A DNA stretch of 19,018 bases from Verrucomicrobiota bacterium. GTDB taxonomy: Bacteria; Verrucomicrobiota; Verrucomicrobiia; Limisphaerales; CANJXF01. Position 1 is the first letter of the stretch. Each line of letters begins with the position of its first letter. Below, in pieces: positions 1 to 8,379 of the stretch. The stretch is taken from contig JBBQRQ010000100.1 of assembly GCA_038214755.1 (NCBI GenBank), positions 1 through 19,018 on the forward strand. The letters run 5' to 3'. Position numbers and translations under genes: made by a program. The notes under the pieces were generated by a model, which searched no databases, was not told where the DNA came from, and saw only the letters and a list, made by a program, of their open reading frames with translations.

Positions 1-1
1 C

Positions 2-1057
2 GATTCCATTCAGGCGGCGCAAACCGCCAATGCGCGAATCTACTGTCTTTCCATTCGATTCAATCATGCCCGAGCTGGAGGACCGAACGCCATCTACGCA
101 CTCGATCTCACGGGCCTAAATTCGGGAATCAACGGCGAACTCTATCCGGTTTTCAGCGGGCCGCGATCGCACCACACGGTTTTGATTTTGACCGATGAAC
201 TTTTCGACAACCAATTTTTTGGCTCCATGAATCTCAACGTGCCGACGACAGATACCGATGGCGACGGCTTCCCGGATATCTTCGACACGTCGCGCGCTTT
301 CAGCGGCGCAAGTTCCGGCTCGTATAATTTTCCTGGATTTCCTGGATCCGCCAGCGGCAATGCGACGGCTAATTGGTCGCGTGGCGCAAATTCAGAGGTC
401 GGCTCCTGCCAGCTTAATTTTCAAAACTTCGGTTCGTTCAGCCACACCTTCAACATTCTCGAATACCGCGGGCCGCTGACTTACACGCCGGGTTCCAACG
501 CGGTCACCGGCACTGTGGATCTGGCTCTGACCGGCGCTCCCGACTCCATCCTCGCCGGGCCAATCGCGTTCACGAAATCCTCCACCGATCCGCACAACGA
601 TCTACTTTTGCAGACCGGCGTCTGGACGAACTCCGCTGCGCAAGACTTTCCCTTTGTTACCAACTCCGTGTTGCGCGATCCGATTTGGCCGACCAATTAC
701 TACGGCTATTTCGAGTTCAACGATTGGGAGTTGAGCAATCCTGAGCGCGATTATTATTTGTGGGTTCTCTCGATTGATGACCTGCACGACGCCGATTCCG
801 ACGGCATTCCCGATTTCAGCGATGAGCCGAGCGCCTCCGCGCGCCGCCCGTTTTTAGGAATCAGAAAAACCCAAACCAATTTGCTGCTCACCATCAGCGG
901 CAACGTCGGACAAATTTGCGAAGTCCAGGAAGCGACCACCGTCACCGCCACGAATTGGCCGACGACGACGTCCGTTACTCTGACCAACGATCCGCAAACC
1001 ATTTCGTTGCCGTTGCCAACTTCAGGCGTAAAATTTTTCCGAGTGAGAACGCCATGA
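2..1057 (+). CDS. Exported/surface protein, 5'-partial, with DxDGDG-type Ca-binding motifs and a C-terminal 'FFRVR' domain
   Basis: The frame of ORF 182..1057 is open back to position 2 (DSIQAAQTANARIYCLS...), so the true start is upstream of the window. Motifs DTDGDGFPD and DADSDGIPD are present. The last ~70 aa read LLLTISG..CEVQEAT..NW..KFFRVRTP. Confidence 0.75.
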   Translation, partial: DSIQAAQTANARIYCLSIRFNHARAGGPNAIYALDLTGLNSGINGELYPVFSGPRSHHTVLILTDELFDNQFFGSMNLNVPTTDTDGDGFPDIFDTSRAFSGASSGSYNFPGFPGSASGNATANWSRGANSEVGSCQLNFQNFGSFSHTFNILEYRGPLTYTPGSNAVTGTVDLALTGAPDSILAGPIAFTKSSTDPHNDLLLQTGVWTNSAAQDFPFVTNSVLRDPIWPTNYYGYFEFNDWELSNPERDYYLWVLSIDDLHDADSDGIPDFSDEPSASARRPFLGIRKTQTNLLLTISGNVGQICEVQEATTVTATNWPTTTSVTLTNDPQTISLPLPTSGVKFFRVRTP

Positions 1058-1075
1058 GCGCGGACACACGGTCCC

Positions 1076-1100
1076 GGAGCGCGGACAGCCTTGTCCGCGC
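1076..1100. repeat. GGAG-tagged REP-like hairpin (ggagcgcggaca-gcct-tgtccgcgc)
   Basis: Perfect 9-bp stem 1079-1087/1092-1100. The 11-mer gagcgcggaca is also duplicated at 1056-1066, across the upstream stop codon. Confidence 0.7.
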
Positions 1101-1133
1101 GAAGACAGCTTCATCAATTCAGTGAAAAGAAAC

Positions 1134-1330
1134 GCTCGACCTCACCCCGGCCCTCTCCTCCGAGGAGAGGGAGAATCGTTCGCCGCGTTGTTGTAATGTC
1201 GATGCGCTGGGCGTTGTGCGGCTTTCTCCGCGGTCGGGAAAACGGGAATGACACATGAGCTTCCGAACTTTCGAGAGACGCCAATAGCTGTTCCCTCTCC
1301 TCGGGGGAGAGGGTTAGGGTGAGGGCGAGC
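1134..1330. repeat. Inverted doublet of 'cctcaccc..ccctctcc..ggagaggg' REP-like elements (REPIN/MITE-like)
   Basis: The left arm 1134-1173 (gctcgacctcaccccggccctctcctccgaggagagggag) closely matches the reverse complement of the right arm 1291-1330 (gctcgccctcaccctaaccctctcccccgaggagagggaa). Each arm has its own ccctctcc/ggagaggg hairpin. Confidence 0.85.
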
Positions 1331-1464
1331 ATCTCTCCACTAGCTGCGGCTTACCGCCCTGCGCTCCGAGGTTTGGGCAACACGGCCGGCTGCGACCCTG
1401 TTCGCAAACGCTTTCACTTGTGCTTGCGTTTCTCGTAAACGCCGCCGTTAATCAAATCTACGAC

Positions 1465-4400
1465 ATGAAATTGAAGACATTCTGTTTCCGACTTTTCATT
1501 TTCTCGTGCTGCACTTTTCTCCTGCTCTCGCCCGGCACAGCGCAAACAAACGGTAGAGGGAGAGTCCCCTCGATCTCTGATTTTCCCTCCGATCAATCAC
1601 GGCTCGACGGAGCCTCGCCTCACCATAATCGGGAAACGATTTATCAAGTCGGCGTCGCCAAGATTGATGTCACTCCTGATTATCCGATTCGCCTCAACGG
1701 CTATCTCGCTCGCAAATCCGAATCCGACGGCGTCATTCAACGCATCTTTGCCAAGGCGCTCGCGATTGGCAGCGACAAGGAAGGCACCGCGATTTTAATC
1801 ATGGTTGATAACTGCATCATTCCCGCGCATTTCCGCGAAGAACTGCTGGGCCGTCTTGCAAAAAAGAAAATTACTGCGGACAAATTTGCCATTGGCGCTA
1901 CTCACACCCATTCCGCGCCGAAGCTTGCCGGAGCCGCAGATAATATTTTCGGCATGGATCTTCCGCCGAAGGAACAAGCACACATCGATCGCTACACCAA
2001 AGAGTTGATGGACAAAATGGAACAAGTCGCGCTCGCTGCGTTGAAAGATCGCAGGCCGGCAAAACTTTTCTGGGGAAAAACCACTGCAAGTTTCGCCGCC
2101 AATCGCCGGACGAAAGGCGGCCCGGTCGATCACGATTTGCCCCTGCTGAAAATCACCGACAAAAGCGGAAAAAAAATTCGCGCGCTCCTCGTCAATTACG
2201 CCTGCCACTGCACCACGCTCACCGACACGCCCAACCAAATCTGCGGCGACTGGGCCGGTTACGCGCAGGAATTTTTGGAGCGCGACAATCCGGGCGCAAT
2301 CGCGATGACGCTCATCGGCTGCGGCGCGGATGCGAATCCCAATCCGCGACCGGGCGTTGAGTTCGCAAAGCAACACGGCCAAAGCATCACGACCGCGGCG
2401 GGCGAATTGCTTTCCAAAAATCTCGCCTCGCTGCACGGAAAACTCGAATGTCGCGCGAAACAAATTTCGCTCTCGTTCGACAAAATCCCGAGCCGCGAAG
2501 AGTTTGAAAAAACCGCGGCGAGCACAAACCTGCATTTCTCCGTTCGCTATCACGCGAAGAAACAATTAGCTCGATTGGATCGCGGCGAAAAATTGCAAAC
2601 GGAATTGCCGTATCTCGTTCAGACCTGGAATTTCGGCGATGAACTGGCGCTCGTTTTTCTCCCTGGTGAAGTCGTGGTGGATTACGCGCTTCGTTTGAAA
2701 AAAGAATTTGATCCGACTCGTCTTTGGGTCAACGCCTACGCCAACGAAGTGCCTTGTTATATCCCATCGAAACGCATTTGGAACGAGGGCGGTTACGAGG
2801 GCGGCGGCGCGATGATTTATTATGACCGCCCGACGCGCCTCGCCGAGAACACCGAGGAAAAAATCATCGCCGCCGTCCACGAGTTGATGCCGAAAACTTT
2901 TTTGTTCGACGAAAAAAAAGCCGAGTTGGAAAAAAGAAAACTGGAATTTCCTGATCCGAAATCGCCCGCCGAAGCGCTGAAAAGTTTTCACACCAAACCT
3001 GGCTTCACGGTTGATCTGGTCGCAAGCGAGCCGTTGATTGTCGATCCGGTCGCCATTGATTTTACGACCGACGGAAAACTTCTGGTTTTAGAAATGCGCG
3101 ATTATCCCAGCGGCATGCCTCAATCCGCAGGGAGCGCGCGCGTCCCGCGTGCCGTCGAAGCCGTCCCGGCTTCGACCTCAAACCTTTCGAGTGAGAAGAG
3201 TCTTCGGCGCGACGCCGAAGACAGCACGCCAGAGGCGCGCGCTCCCCTGCCAATTCCCGGCGGACGCGTGAAAATTTTGGAGGACAAAAATCACAATGGA
3301 AAATTTGATAAAGCGACCGTGTTTCTCGACGGACTTTCGTTTCCAACGGGACTGATGCAATGGCGCAAGGGCGTTTTGATTTGCGCTGCGCCGGACATTT
3401 TTTACGCCGAAGACACGAACGGCGATGGTAAAGCAGATGTTGTCAAAAAACTTTTTACTGGTTTCGCCACGCATAATTTTCAGGCGCGTGTCAATTCCCT
3501 GCGCTGGGGTTTGGATAATTGGGTTTATGGATCGGGTGGATTATTTGGCGGAAAAATTCACAGTAAACTTACCGGCAAAGATGTCGAGTGCGGCGGGCGT
3601 GATTTTCGGTTCCATCCCGACACTGGTGAACTTGAACCGTCCAGTGGAGTCAGCCAGCAGGGCCGGGTGCGCGACGATTTTGGAAACTGGTTCGGTTGCG
3701 ACAACAGCACGCTGCTCTGGAATTTTCCGCTGCCTGAAAAATATGTGCGCCGGAATCTAAACGTCGCCGCGCCGGAGCCGAGTGTTTTTGTCGGCGGCGA
3801 TCCCGATCCGAATTTACTTTTTCCAGCCAGCCGCACTCTGGAGCGATTCAACGTTCCAAACTCCGCCAACCGCACCACTTCGGCCTGCGGCGTGGAAATT
3901 TATCGCGATTACTTGCTCGGCAAAAATTTTTACGGCAACTCATTCGTCTGCGAGCCGGTGCACAATCTCGTTCATCGCTACCGTCTGGAGCGAAATGGAA
4001 TTTTATTTTCCGCTCATCGCCCCGACGAAGAGAAGCAATCGGAGTTTCTGGCTTCCACCGACAATTGGTTTCGCCCTGTCGAAGCGCGCACTGGCCCCGA
4101 TGGCGCGCTCTGGATTGTCGATATGTATCGCTTCGTCATCGAGCATCCGAAATGGATTCCCGCCGAGCGCCTCGCGAAACTCGACGTGCGCGCGGGCGAT
4201 GACAAAGGCCGAATTTACCGCGTTTATCCAAAAGGAGCGAAACTGTCGCCGCTGCGAAATCTGACAAAACTTAAAACGGCTCAACTGGTCGCCGCGCTGG
4301 AAACAAGCAACGGAACCGAACGCGATTTAATTCATCGCGAAATTTTTCAGCGCCAGGATCGCGCGACGATTGAGCCGCTGAAAAAAATTGCCGCCGGGAA

Positions 4401-6525
4401 AAAACAACCTGCGGTGAAAATTCAAGCGCTGTGGGCGTTGGACGGTTTGAAAAGTCTGACACCAGAAATCGTTGTTTCGGCGTTGAGCGATCCAAACGAA
4501 TCCATCCGCGAAAATGCGATTCGTTTGAGTGAGCGCCTCCTTAGTGGCGCAGACTTCCAGTCTGCGGGTGTGGGCTTCCAGCCCGATACGCGGGCTGGAA
4601 GCCCGCAGCGGCAGGCAAAGATGCCTGCCCCACTATCTGCTGATGCGCTACATCTTCTCAGTGACGCCCTCCTCAATTTAAAAAACGATCCCGACATTCA
4701 AATTCAGTTCCAACTCGCGTTGAGTCTCGGCGAGTGGAACGACCCGCGCGCCGGAACAGTTTTGGGAGAACTGGCGAAAAAGCATTTGGAAAATTCCTGG
4801 ATGCGCGCGGCGGTGCTGAGTTCGGCGATCCATTTCCCCGGCGAAATTCTGCAAAGCGTTTTGACACTCGCGCCGGAAACTCCAGGTCGCAACGAAATGA
4901 TCAGCGCGTTGATCGCCACCGCTGCCGGCTCAAATGACCCAAAAGTTTTTGAATCGGTTTTAATCGCCATTGCTCCGGCGGAAAATAAGTCCGCACCGTC
5001 GTGGCAACTCGCGGCGCTCGCCAGTGTGCAGGAAGCATTGCAGCGGAAAAAATGGTCCTTGGAATCGTTTGTCAAATCGGATGCGCGGGTCAGCCAAGCT
5101 GTGCGCCGCATCGAAATAGCCATTGAGAGCGCGGCGGAAATTGCGAATAATACCAAAGACGCGACGCTGGCGGATCGGCAGGCGGCGATTCGTTTGCTTT
5201 CCTGGAGCAATGGCGAATCGAATCTGCGGACGTTGATCGGGCTGGCCATACAATCGGAAAATCTGAAGTTGCAAAAAGCCGCGCAAGATTCGCTTCGTTT
5301 GCAGCGGAGTCCCAAACTGCCTGAACTCCTGCTGGCGGGCTGGACAAATTATCCCGTCGTCGTTCGCTCCAGCATTTTGGAAATTCTTCTGAGCCGCGAC
5401 GAAGGTTTGGAAAAAGTTCTGGACGGAATTGAAAAGGGCGTCATCAAGCCTGCGGAAATTCCGATGAACAATCGCCAATCGCTTGTCAAAAATTCCAATC
5501 AAAAAATTCGCGAGCGAGCGAAGGCGTTATTTCCGTTGAATCAGGATCGCGCGAAAGTTTTAGCGAAGTTTTCTGAAGCGGGAAAACTCAGCGGCGATCC
5601 CGAAAAAGGCGCGGCGGTTTTTGGAAAGCTTTGCGCGAACTGCCACGCCTTTCGCGGACAAGGCTTTTCCGTCGGACCGGACTTGATGTCGTGGGGCGAC
5701 AAATCGCCGCAAGATTTTTTGCTCGCGATTCTTGATCCGAGTTCGGTGATTGAGCCGCGCTACCTCCAATACAATTTGGAATTGAAAGACGGGCGCTCGC
5801 TCTCAGGAATCATCAAAGGCGAAACCGCAAGCAGCGTGACGCTGGCGCAAGGTGGCGGGACTCGCGAAAAAATTCTGCGCTCCGACATCGCGGAAATGAA
5901 GGCGTCGAATGTGTCGCTGATGCCGGAAGGTTTGGAGGAGGGAAATTCGCCGCAGGATTTCGCGGACTTGATTGCGTATCTAAAAGTGCGCCCGGCGCAT
6001 TTTGGCAGTGCCACGTCGGAGCAGGCCGCGGCAGCGCGGAAAAAATTTCTCGTGAGCGGCGCAAATGGATTTTCCAAACTCATTTCCGCTTTTGACCAAA
6101 TTGATTATCCAAGCTGGCTTGGGACTTTGCCGATGGCGTTTTGCCGGCAGAGTGATGGCAAAGGCAAAGTGAGTTGGTTAAGCGCGCCGGCGGAGCAGCA
6201 AATCGAGAAGGATAAATTCTACAATTTTCGGATGGCGGCCGGGCTGGGATATTTCTCCGATTCGTCTGGGAAATTTACGTTCAGTCTCAGCGGAAAACCT
6301 GTTTTGGATTTCGACGTGACGTTGAGCGACGCGAATTGGCAAAGCAAAGATGGTCGGGTTTTTCTCCGTTACGAAGTCATGGAAAATAACGCGGAAGACA
6401 GCAACGGGATTTTGACGATTTCGGTTCGCGGAGATTTGTTAACTGCGAGCAAGCCAGTAAATTTTGAAGTGATCGGTTCCGCCGCGAACAGCCAGCGCTG
6501 GTTTGGGATTTATAGAATTGAATAG
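1465..6525 (+). CDS. Neutral/alkaline ceramidase-like N-terminal domain fused to a PVC-type heme-binding CxxCH protein (dehydrogenase-like propeller, HEAT-like repeats, cytochrome c, extra C-terminal beta domain)
   Basis: Signal peptide from ATG 1465 (MKLKTFCFRLFIFSCCTFLLLSPGTAQ). Ceramidase-like motifs ATHTHSAP, NYACH, PGEVV and GGYEG. PVC dehydrogenase-domain motifs LVASEPLIVDPVAI, DTNGDGKAD, WGLDNW and WFRPV..TGPDGALWIVDMYR. CANCH at 5632-5646 is followed by VGPDL and SLMPEG. Confidence 0.88.
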   Translation: MKLKTFCFRLFIFSCCTFLLLSPGTAQTNGRGRVPSISDFPSDQSRLDGASPHHNRETIYQVGVAKIDVTPDYPIRLNGYLARKSESDGVIQRIFAKALAIGSDKEGTAILIMVDNCIIPAHFREELLGRLAKKKITADKFAIGATHTHSAPKLAGAADNIFGMDLPPKEQAHIDRYTKELMDKMEQVALAALKDRRPAKLFWGKTTASFAANRRTKGGPVDHDLPLLKITDKSGKKIRALLVNYACHCTTLTDTPNQICGDWAGYAQEFLERDNPGAIAMTLIGCGADANPNPRPGVEFAKQHGQSITTAAGELLSKNLASLHGKLECRAKQISLSFDKIPSREEFEKTAASTNLHFSVRYHAKKQLARLDRGEKLQTELPYLVQTWNFGDELALVFLPGEVVVDYALRLKKEFDPTRLWVNAYANEVPCYIPSKRIWNEGGYEGGGAMIYYDRPTRLAENTEEKIIAAVHELMPKTFLFDEKKAELEKRKLEFPDPKSPAEALKSFHTKPGFTVDLVASEPLIVDPVAIDFTTDGKLLVLEMRDYPSGMPQSAGSARVPRAVEAVPASTSNLSSEKSLRRDAEDSTPEARAPLPIPGGRVKILEDKNHNGKFDKATVFLDGLSFPTGLMQWRKGVLICAAPDIFYAEDTNGDGKADVVKKLFTGFATHNFQARVNSLRWGLDNWVYGSGGLFGGKIHSKLTGKDVECGGRDFRFHPDTGELEPSSGVSQQGRVRDDFGNWFGCDNSTLLWNFPLPEKYVRRNLNVAAPEPSVFVGGDPDPNLLFPASRTLERFNVPNSANRTTSACGVEIYRDYLLGKNFYGNSFVCEPVHNLVHRYRLERNGILFSAHRPDEEKQSEFLASTDNWFRPVEARTGPDGALWIVDMYRFVIEHPKWIPAERLAKLDVRAGDDKGRIYRVYPKGAKLSPLRNLTKLKTAQLVAALETSNGTERDLIHREIFQRQDRATIEPLKKIAAGKKQPAVKIQALWALDGLKSLTPEIVVSALSDPNESIRENAIRLSERLLSGADFQSAGVGFQPDTRAGSPQRQAKMPAPLSADALHLLSDALLNLKNDPDIQIQFQLALSLGEWNDPRAGTVLGELAKKHLENSWMRAAVLSSAIHFPGEILQSVLTLAPETPGRNEMISALIATAAGSNDPKVFESVLIAIAPAENKSAPSWQLAALASVQEALQRKKWSLESFVKSDARVSQAVRRIEIAIESAAEIANNTKDATLADRQAAIRLLSWSNGESNLRTLIGLAIQSENLKLQKAAQDSLRLQRSPKLPELLLAGWTNYPVVVRSSILEILLSRDEGLEKVLDGIEKGVIKPAEIPMNNRQSLVKNSNQKIRERAKALFPLNQDRAKVLAKFSEAGKLSGDPEKGAAVFGKLCANCHAFRGQGFSVGPDLMSWGDKSPQDFLLAILDPSSVIEPRYLQYNLELKDGRSLSGIIKGETASSVTLAQGGGTREKILRSDIAEMKASNVSLMPEGLEEGNSPQDFADLIAYLKVRPAHFGSATSEQAAAARKKFLVSGANGFSKLISAFDQIDYPSWLGTLPMAFCRQSDGKGKVSWLSAPAEQQIEKDKFYNFRMAAGLGYFSDSSGKFTFSLSGKPVLDFDVTLSDANWQSKDGRVFLRYEVMENNAEDSNGILTISVRGDLLTASKPVNFEVIGSAANSQRWFGIYRIE
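1552..1624. repeat. Degenerate GTAG-tagged palindromic element in-frame in the CDS (encodes ~GRGRVPSISDFPSDQSRLDGASPH)
   Basis: The left arm ggtagagggagagtcccctcgatc is an imperfect inverse of the right arm ggctcgacggagcctcgcctcacc (1601-1624). It lies between the signal peptide and the first ceramidase-like strand. Confidence 0.6.
3130..3246. repeat. 117-bp GGAG-tagged palindromic element in-frame in the CDS (39 codons, GSARVPRAVEAVPAS...DSTPEARAP)
   Basis: Terminal inverted repeats gggagcgcgcgcgtcccgcgtgc / gcacgccagaggcgcgcgctccc enclose two perfect 10-bp hairpins at 3154-3176 and 3200-3222. Confidence 0.88.
4542..4635. repeat. ~94-bp GTGG-tagged palindromic element in-frame in the CDS (SGADFQSAGVGFQPDTRAGSPQRQAKMPAPL)
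   Basis: Ends are tagtgg...ccacta. The arms gcagact-tcc-agtctgc and gcaggca-aaga-tgcctgc are themselves hairpins. There is a central inverted pair gtgggcttccagcccg / cgggctggaagcccgc. Confidence 0.88.
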
Positions 6526-6713
6526 CTTTGCTATCCGCGCGCAGCCCCTCAGGCGGCGAAACGCACGCGGCCTTGCCGCACCCAGCGAAAAAAGCTGAAT
6601 AATGTGCTTTTCTTGCGCCCTCGCCGGTCTAAAGTCGATTGAATGAGATTGACGAAAAGCAATTCTCCGGTTCCGGTCGGAGCGTCAAAAGCAAATTCCT
6701 CTCAGGAACAACG

Positions 6714-6720
6714 AAAGGAG
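6714..6720 (+). promoter_or_regulatory. Shine-Dalgarno site for the astacin gene
   Basis: aaaggag lies 6 nt upstream of the in-frame ATG at 6727. Confidence 0.7.
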
Positions 6721-6726
6721 ACTTCT

Positions 6727-8379
6727 ATGCCAACAAATAAATCAAACAAGAAAACCACGAAACCCAAAACCAAGCCATCTGCGATTACCGGCAATGGCGA
6801 ACATCGCGGCTCCTCCAAGTCCGGCAAAAGCTTCATTGCCGGGACGACATTCAGTCTCAAGCCGGTCGAATACGCCCACATCGATGGCCGGGCAATTTTC
6901 GAAGGCGATATCGACCTGGGCAGTGTAGAGGAAATGGATCTGGTACGAAAGGATGTCGAGTCACCGGCGACCGAGCCAGGCGTGGAATTCGCCGTTGCAA
7001 TAACGGGGACACAGTTCCGCTGGCCAAATGCCGTGATCCCCTTCACGATCAATGCGGCCCTTCCCAATCAGCAGCGAGTGACGGATGCGATCACGCATAT
7101 CCAGAACAACACCAATCTTCGGTTCCGCCAGCGCACCAACGAGACTGATTTCGTCACGTTCCGGCCCGGCGGTGGTTGCAGTTCGAGTGTCGGGCGCCGC
7201 GGGGGCCAGCAATTCGTCACGCTGGGTGCGGCCTGCGGCACGGGCAATGCGATCCACGAGATTAGTCATACCGCCGGACTTTGGCACGAACAAAGCCGCG
7301 AAGACCGCAACAATTTCGTCACGATTAACTTCGCCAATATCCAACCCGCCATGGCGTTCAACTTCAACCAGCAGATTACGGACGGCGACGATATCGGGGC
7401 CTACGACTATGATTCCATTATGCACTACCCGCGCAACGCCTTCGCCATCGACGCGAGCATCAACACCATTACTCCCAAGCCCGACCCGACTCGCGCCATC
7501 GGCCAGCGCAATGGCTTGAGCGGCGGTGATGTTGCCGCGCTCAATCTGCTGTATCCGAGGAAGTCCATCCTCGCGGAAACCAGTAACAGTGGCGTGGCGC
7601 TTGCGACGAGCGGACCCCGAGTCCTCATCGGCTGGGTGGGAACCGGCAATCTGCGGCTGAATTTTATGAGTTCGACCAACGGGCTGAGTTTCGCGAACAA
7701 AGTCACTCTGAACGATGTTTCGCCGGCGGCACTAGCTCTCGCCTTCTTCAACAACCGGTTTTTCGTTGCCTGGATTGGCGTCGGCAACAACCAACTCAAC
7801 GTGATGAGCAGCGCCAATGGTATCACTTGGAGCAATAAGGTAACACTGGCGGATACCTCGCTCTCCTCGCCGACGCTGACTGCATTCGGCGGGCGCCTCT
7901 TCATCAGTTGGCGCGGGGTGGGCAACAACCAACTCAATGTCATGAGCAGCGCTAACGGCGTGAATTGGGGGAATAAGGTGACGCTGGGCGATACCACACC
8001 GTCTGGCCCCGCCTTGGCAGGCATGGGTGGTCGTTTACTCCTCGGCTGGCGCGGGGTGGGCAACAACCAGCTCAATGTCCTTCAAAGTGCCAACGGCACT
8101 ACCTTCACCAACAAAGTTACTCTGAACGAGACGACCGTCTCAAAGCCAGGTCTGCACGTTCGGGGCAACCGTGCCTTCCTCACCTGGCAGGGCGTCGGCA
8201 ACAGTTTCCTGAACGTCCTCGCGAGCGGCAACGGTTCCAGTTGGGGGTCCAAGTTTACCTCCAGCGAAACCTGCATCGACGGTCCGGCCATCAGCAACAT
8301 CGGTGCTACCCTGGTGTGGGGTTGGACCGGCACCGACCAGAACCATCACCTCAATACAATGTTGTTTAATATTGTCTAA
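6727..8379 (+). CDS. Astacin-family (M12A) zinc metallopeptidase with a C-terminal six-repeat beta-propeller-like domain
   Basis: Propeptide motif FEGDI, RWPNAVIPF, zinc motif HEISHTAGLWHEQSREDR (from 7255), Met-turn YDYDSIMHY, and IGQRNGLS. The start was moved from 6643 to 6727 because of the RBS. Confidence 0.92.
   Translation: MPTNKSNKKTTKPKTKPSAITGNGEHRGSSKSGKSFIAGTTFSLKPVEYAHIDGRAIFEGDIDLGSVEEMDLVRKDVESPATEPGVEFAVAITGTQFRWPNAVIPFTINAALPNQQRVTDAITHIQNNTNLRFRQRTNETDFVTFRPGGGCSSSVGRRGGQQFVTLGAACGTGNAIHEISHTAGLWHEQSREDRNNFVTINFANIQPAMAFNFNQQITDGDDIGAYDYDSIMHYPRNAFAIDASINTITPKPDPTRAIGQRNGLSGGDVAALNLLYPRKSILAETSNSGVALATSGPRVLIGWVGTGNLRLNFMSSTNGLSFANKVTLNDVSPAALALAFFNNRFFVAWIGVGNNQLNVMSSANGITWSNKVTLADTSLSSPTLTAFGGRLFISWRGVGNNQLNVMSSANGVNWGNKVTLGDTTPSGPALAGMGGRLLLGWRGVGNNQLNVLQSANGTTFTNKVTLNETTVSKPGLHVRGNRAFLTWQGVGNSFLNVLASGNGSSWGSKFTSSETCIDGPAISNIGATLVWGWTGTDQNHHLNTMLFNIV
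7561..8376 (+). repeat. Six 46-aa (138-nt) intragenic tandem repeats
   Basis: The GNxxLN codons recur at 7645, 7783, 7921, 8059 and 8197 with exact 138-nt spacing, plus a diverged sixth unit (WTGTDQNHHLN). Five units contain an Asp-box-like SxNGxx[WF] motif. Confidence 0.9.

Noticed and set aside
1114..1332. 72-aa minus-strand ORF (MLALTLTLSPEERE...LPLLGGEGRGE)
   Set aside because: Both ends are translations of the palindromic repeat arms, so it is a repeat-derived spurious ORF.
1420..1464. Longest-ORF starts at 1420, 6643, 9380 and 11409
   Set aside because: Downstream ATGs (1465, 6727, 9350, 11325) fit better with the signal peptide, RBS, promoter or family N-terminus.
3130..3246. Multi-stem element as a tRNA or riboswitch
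   Set aside because: It has no T-loop or D-loop consensus and no CCA, it lies mid-CDS, and it has REP-like tagged terminal inverted repeats.
1795..6083. Long antisense and alternative-frame ORFs over the large gene (e.g. 1795..2565, 4704..5315)
   Set aside because: These are shadow ORFs of a well-supported GC-rich CDS and carry no motifs. The same applies to those over the symporter, adhesin and RHS genes.
7561..8376. 138-nt periodic repeats as a CRISPR or non-coding array
   Set aside because: They are in-frame protein repeats with synonymous variation and no unique spacers, and no cas genes are present.
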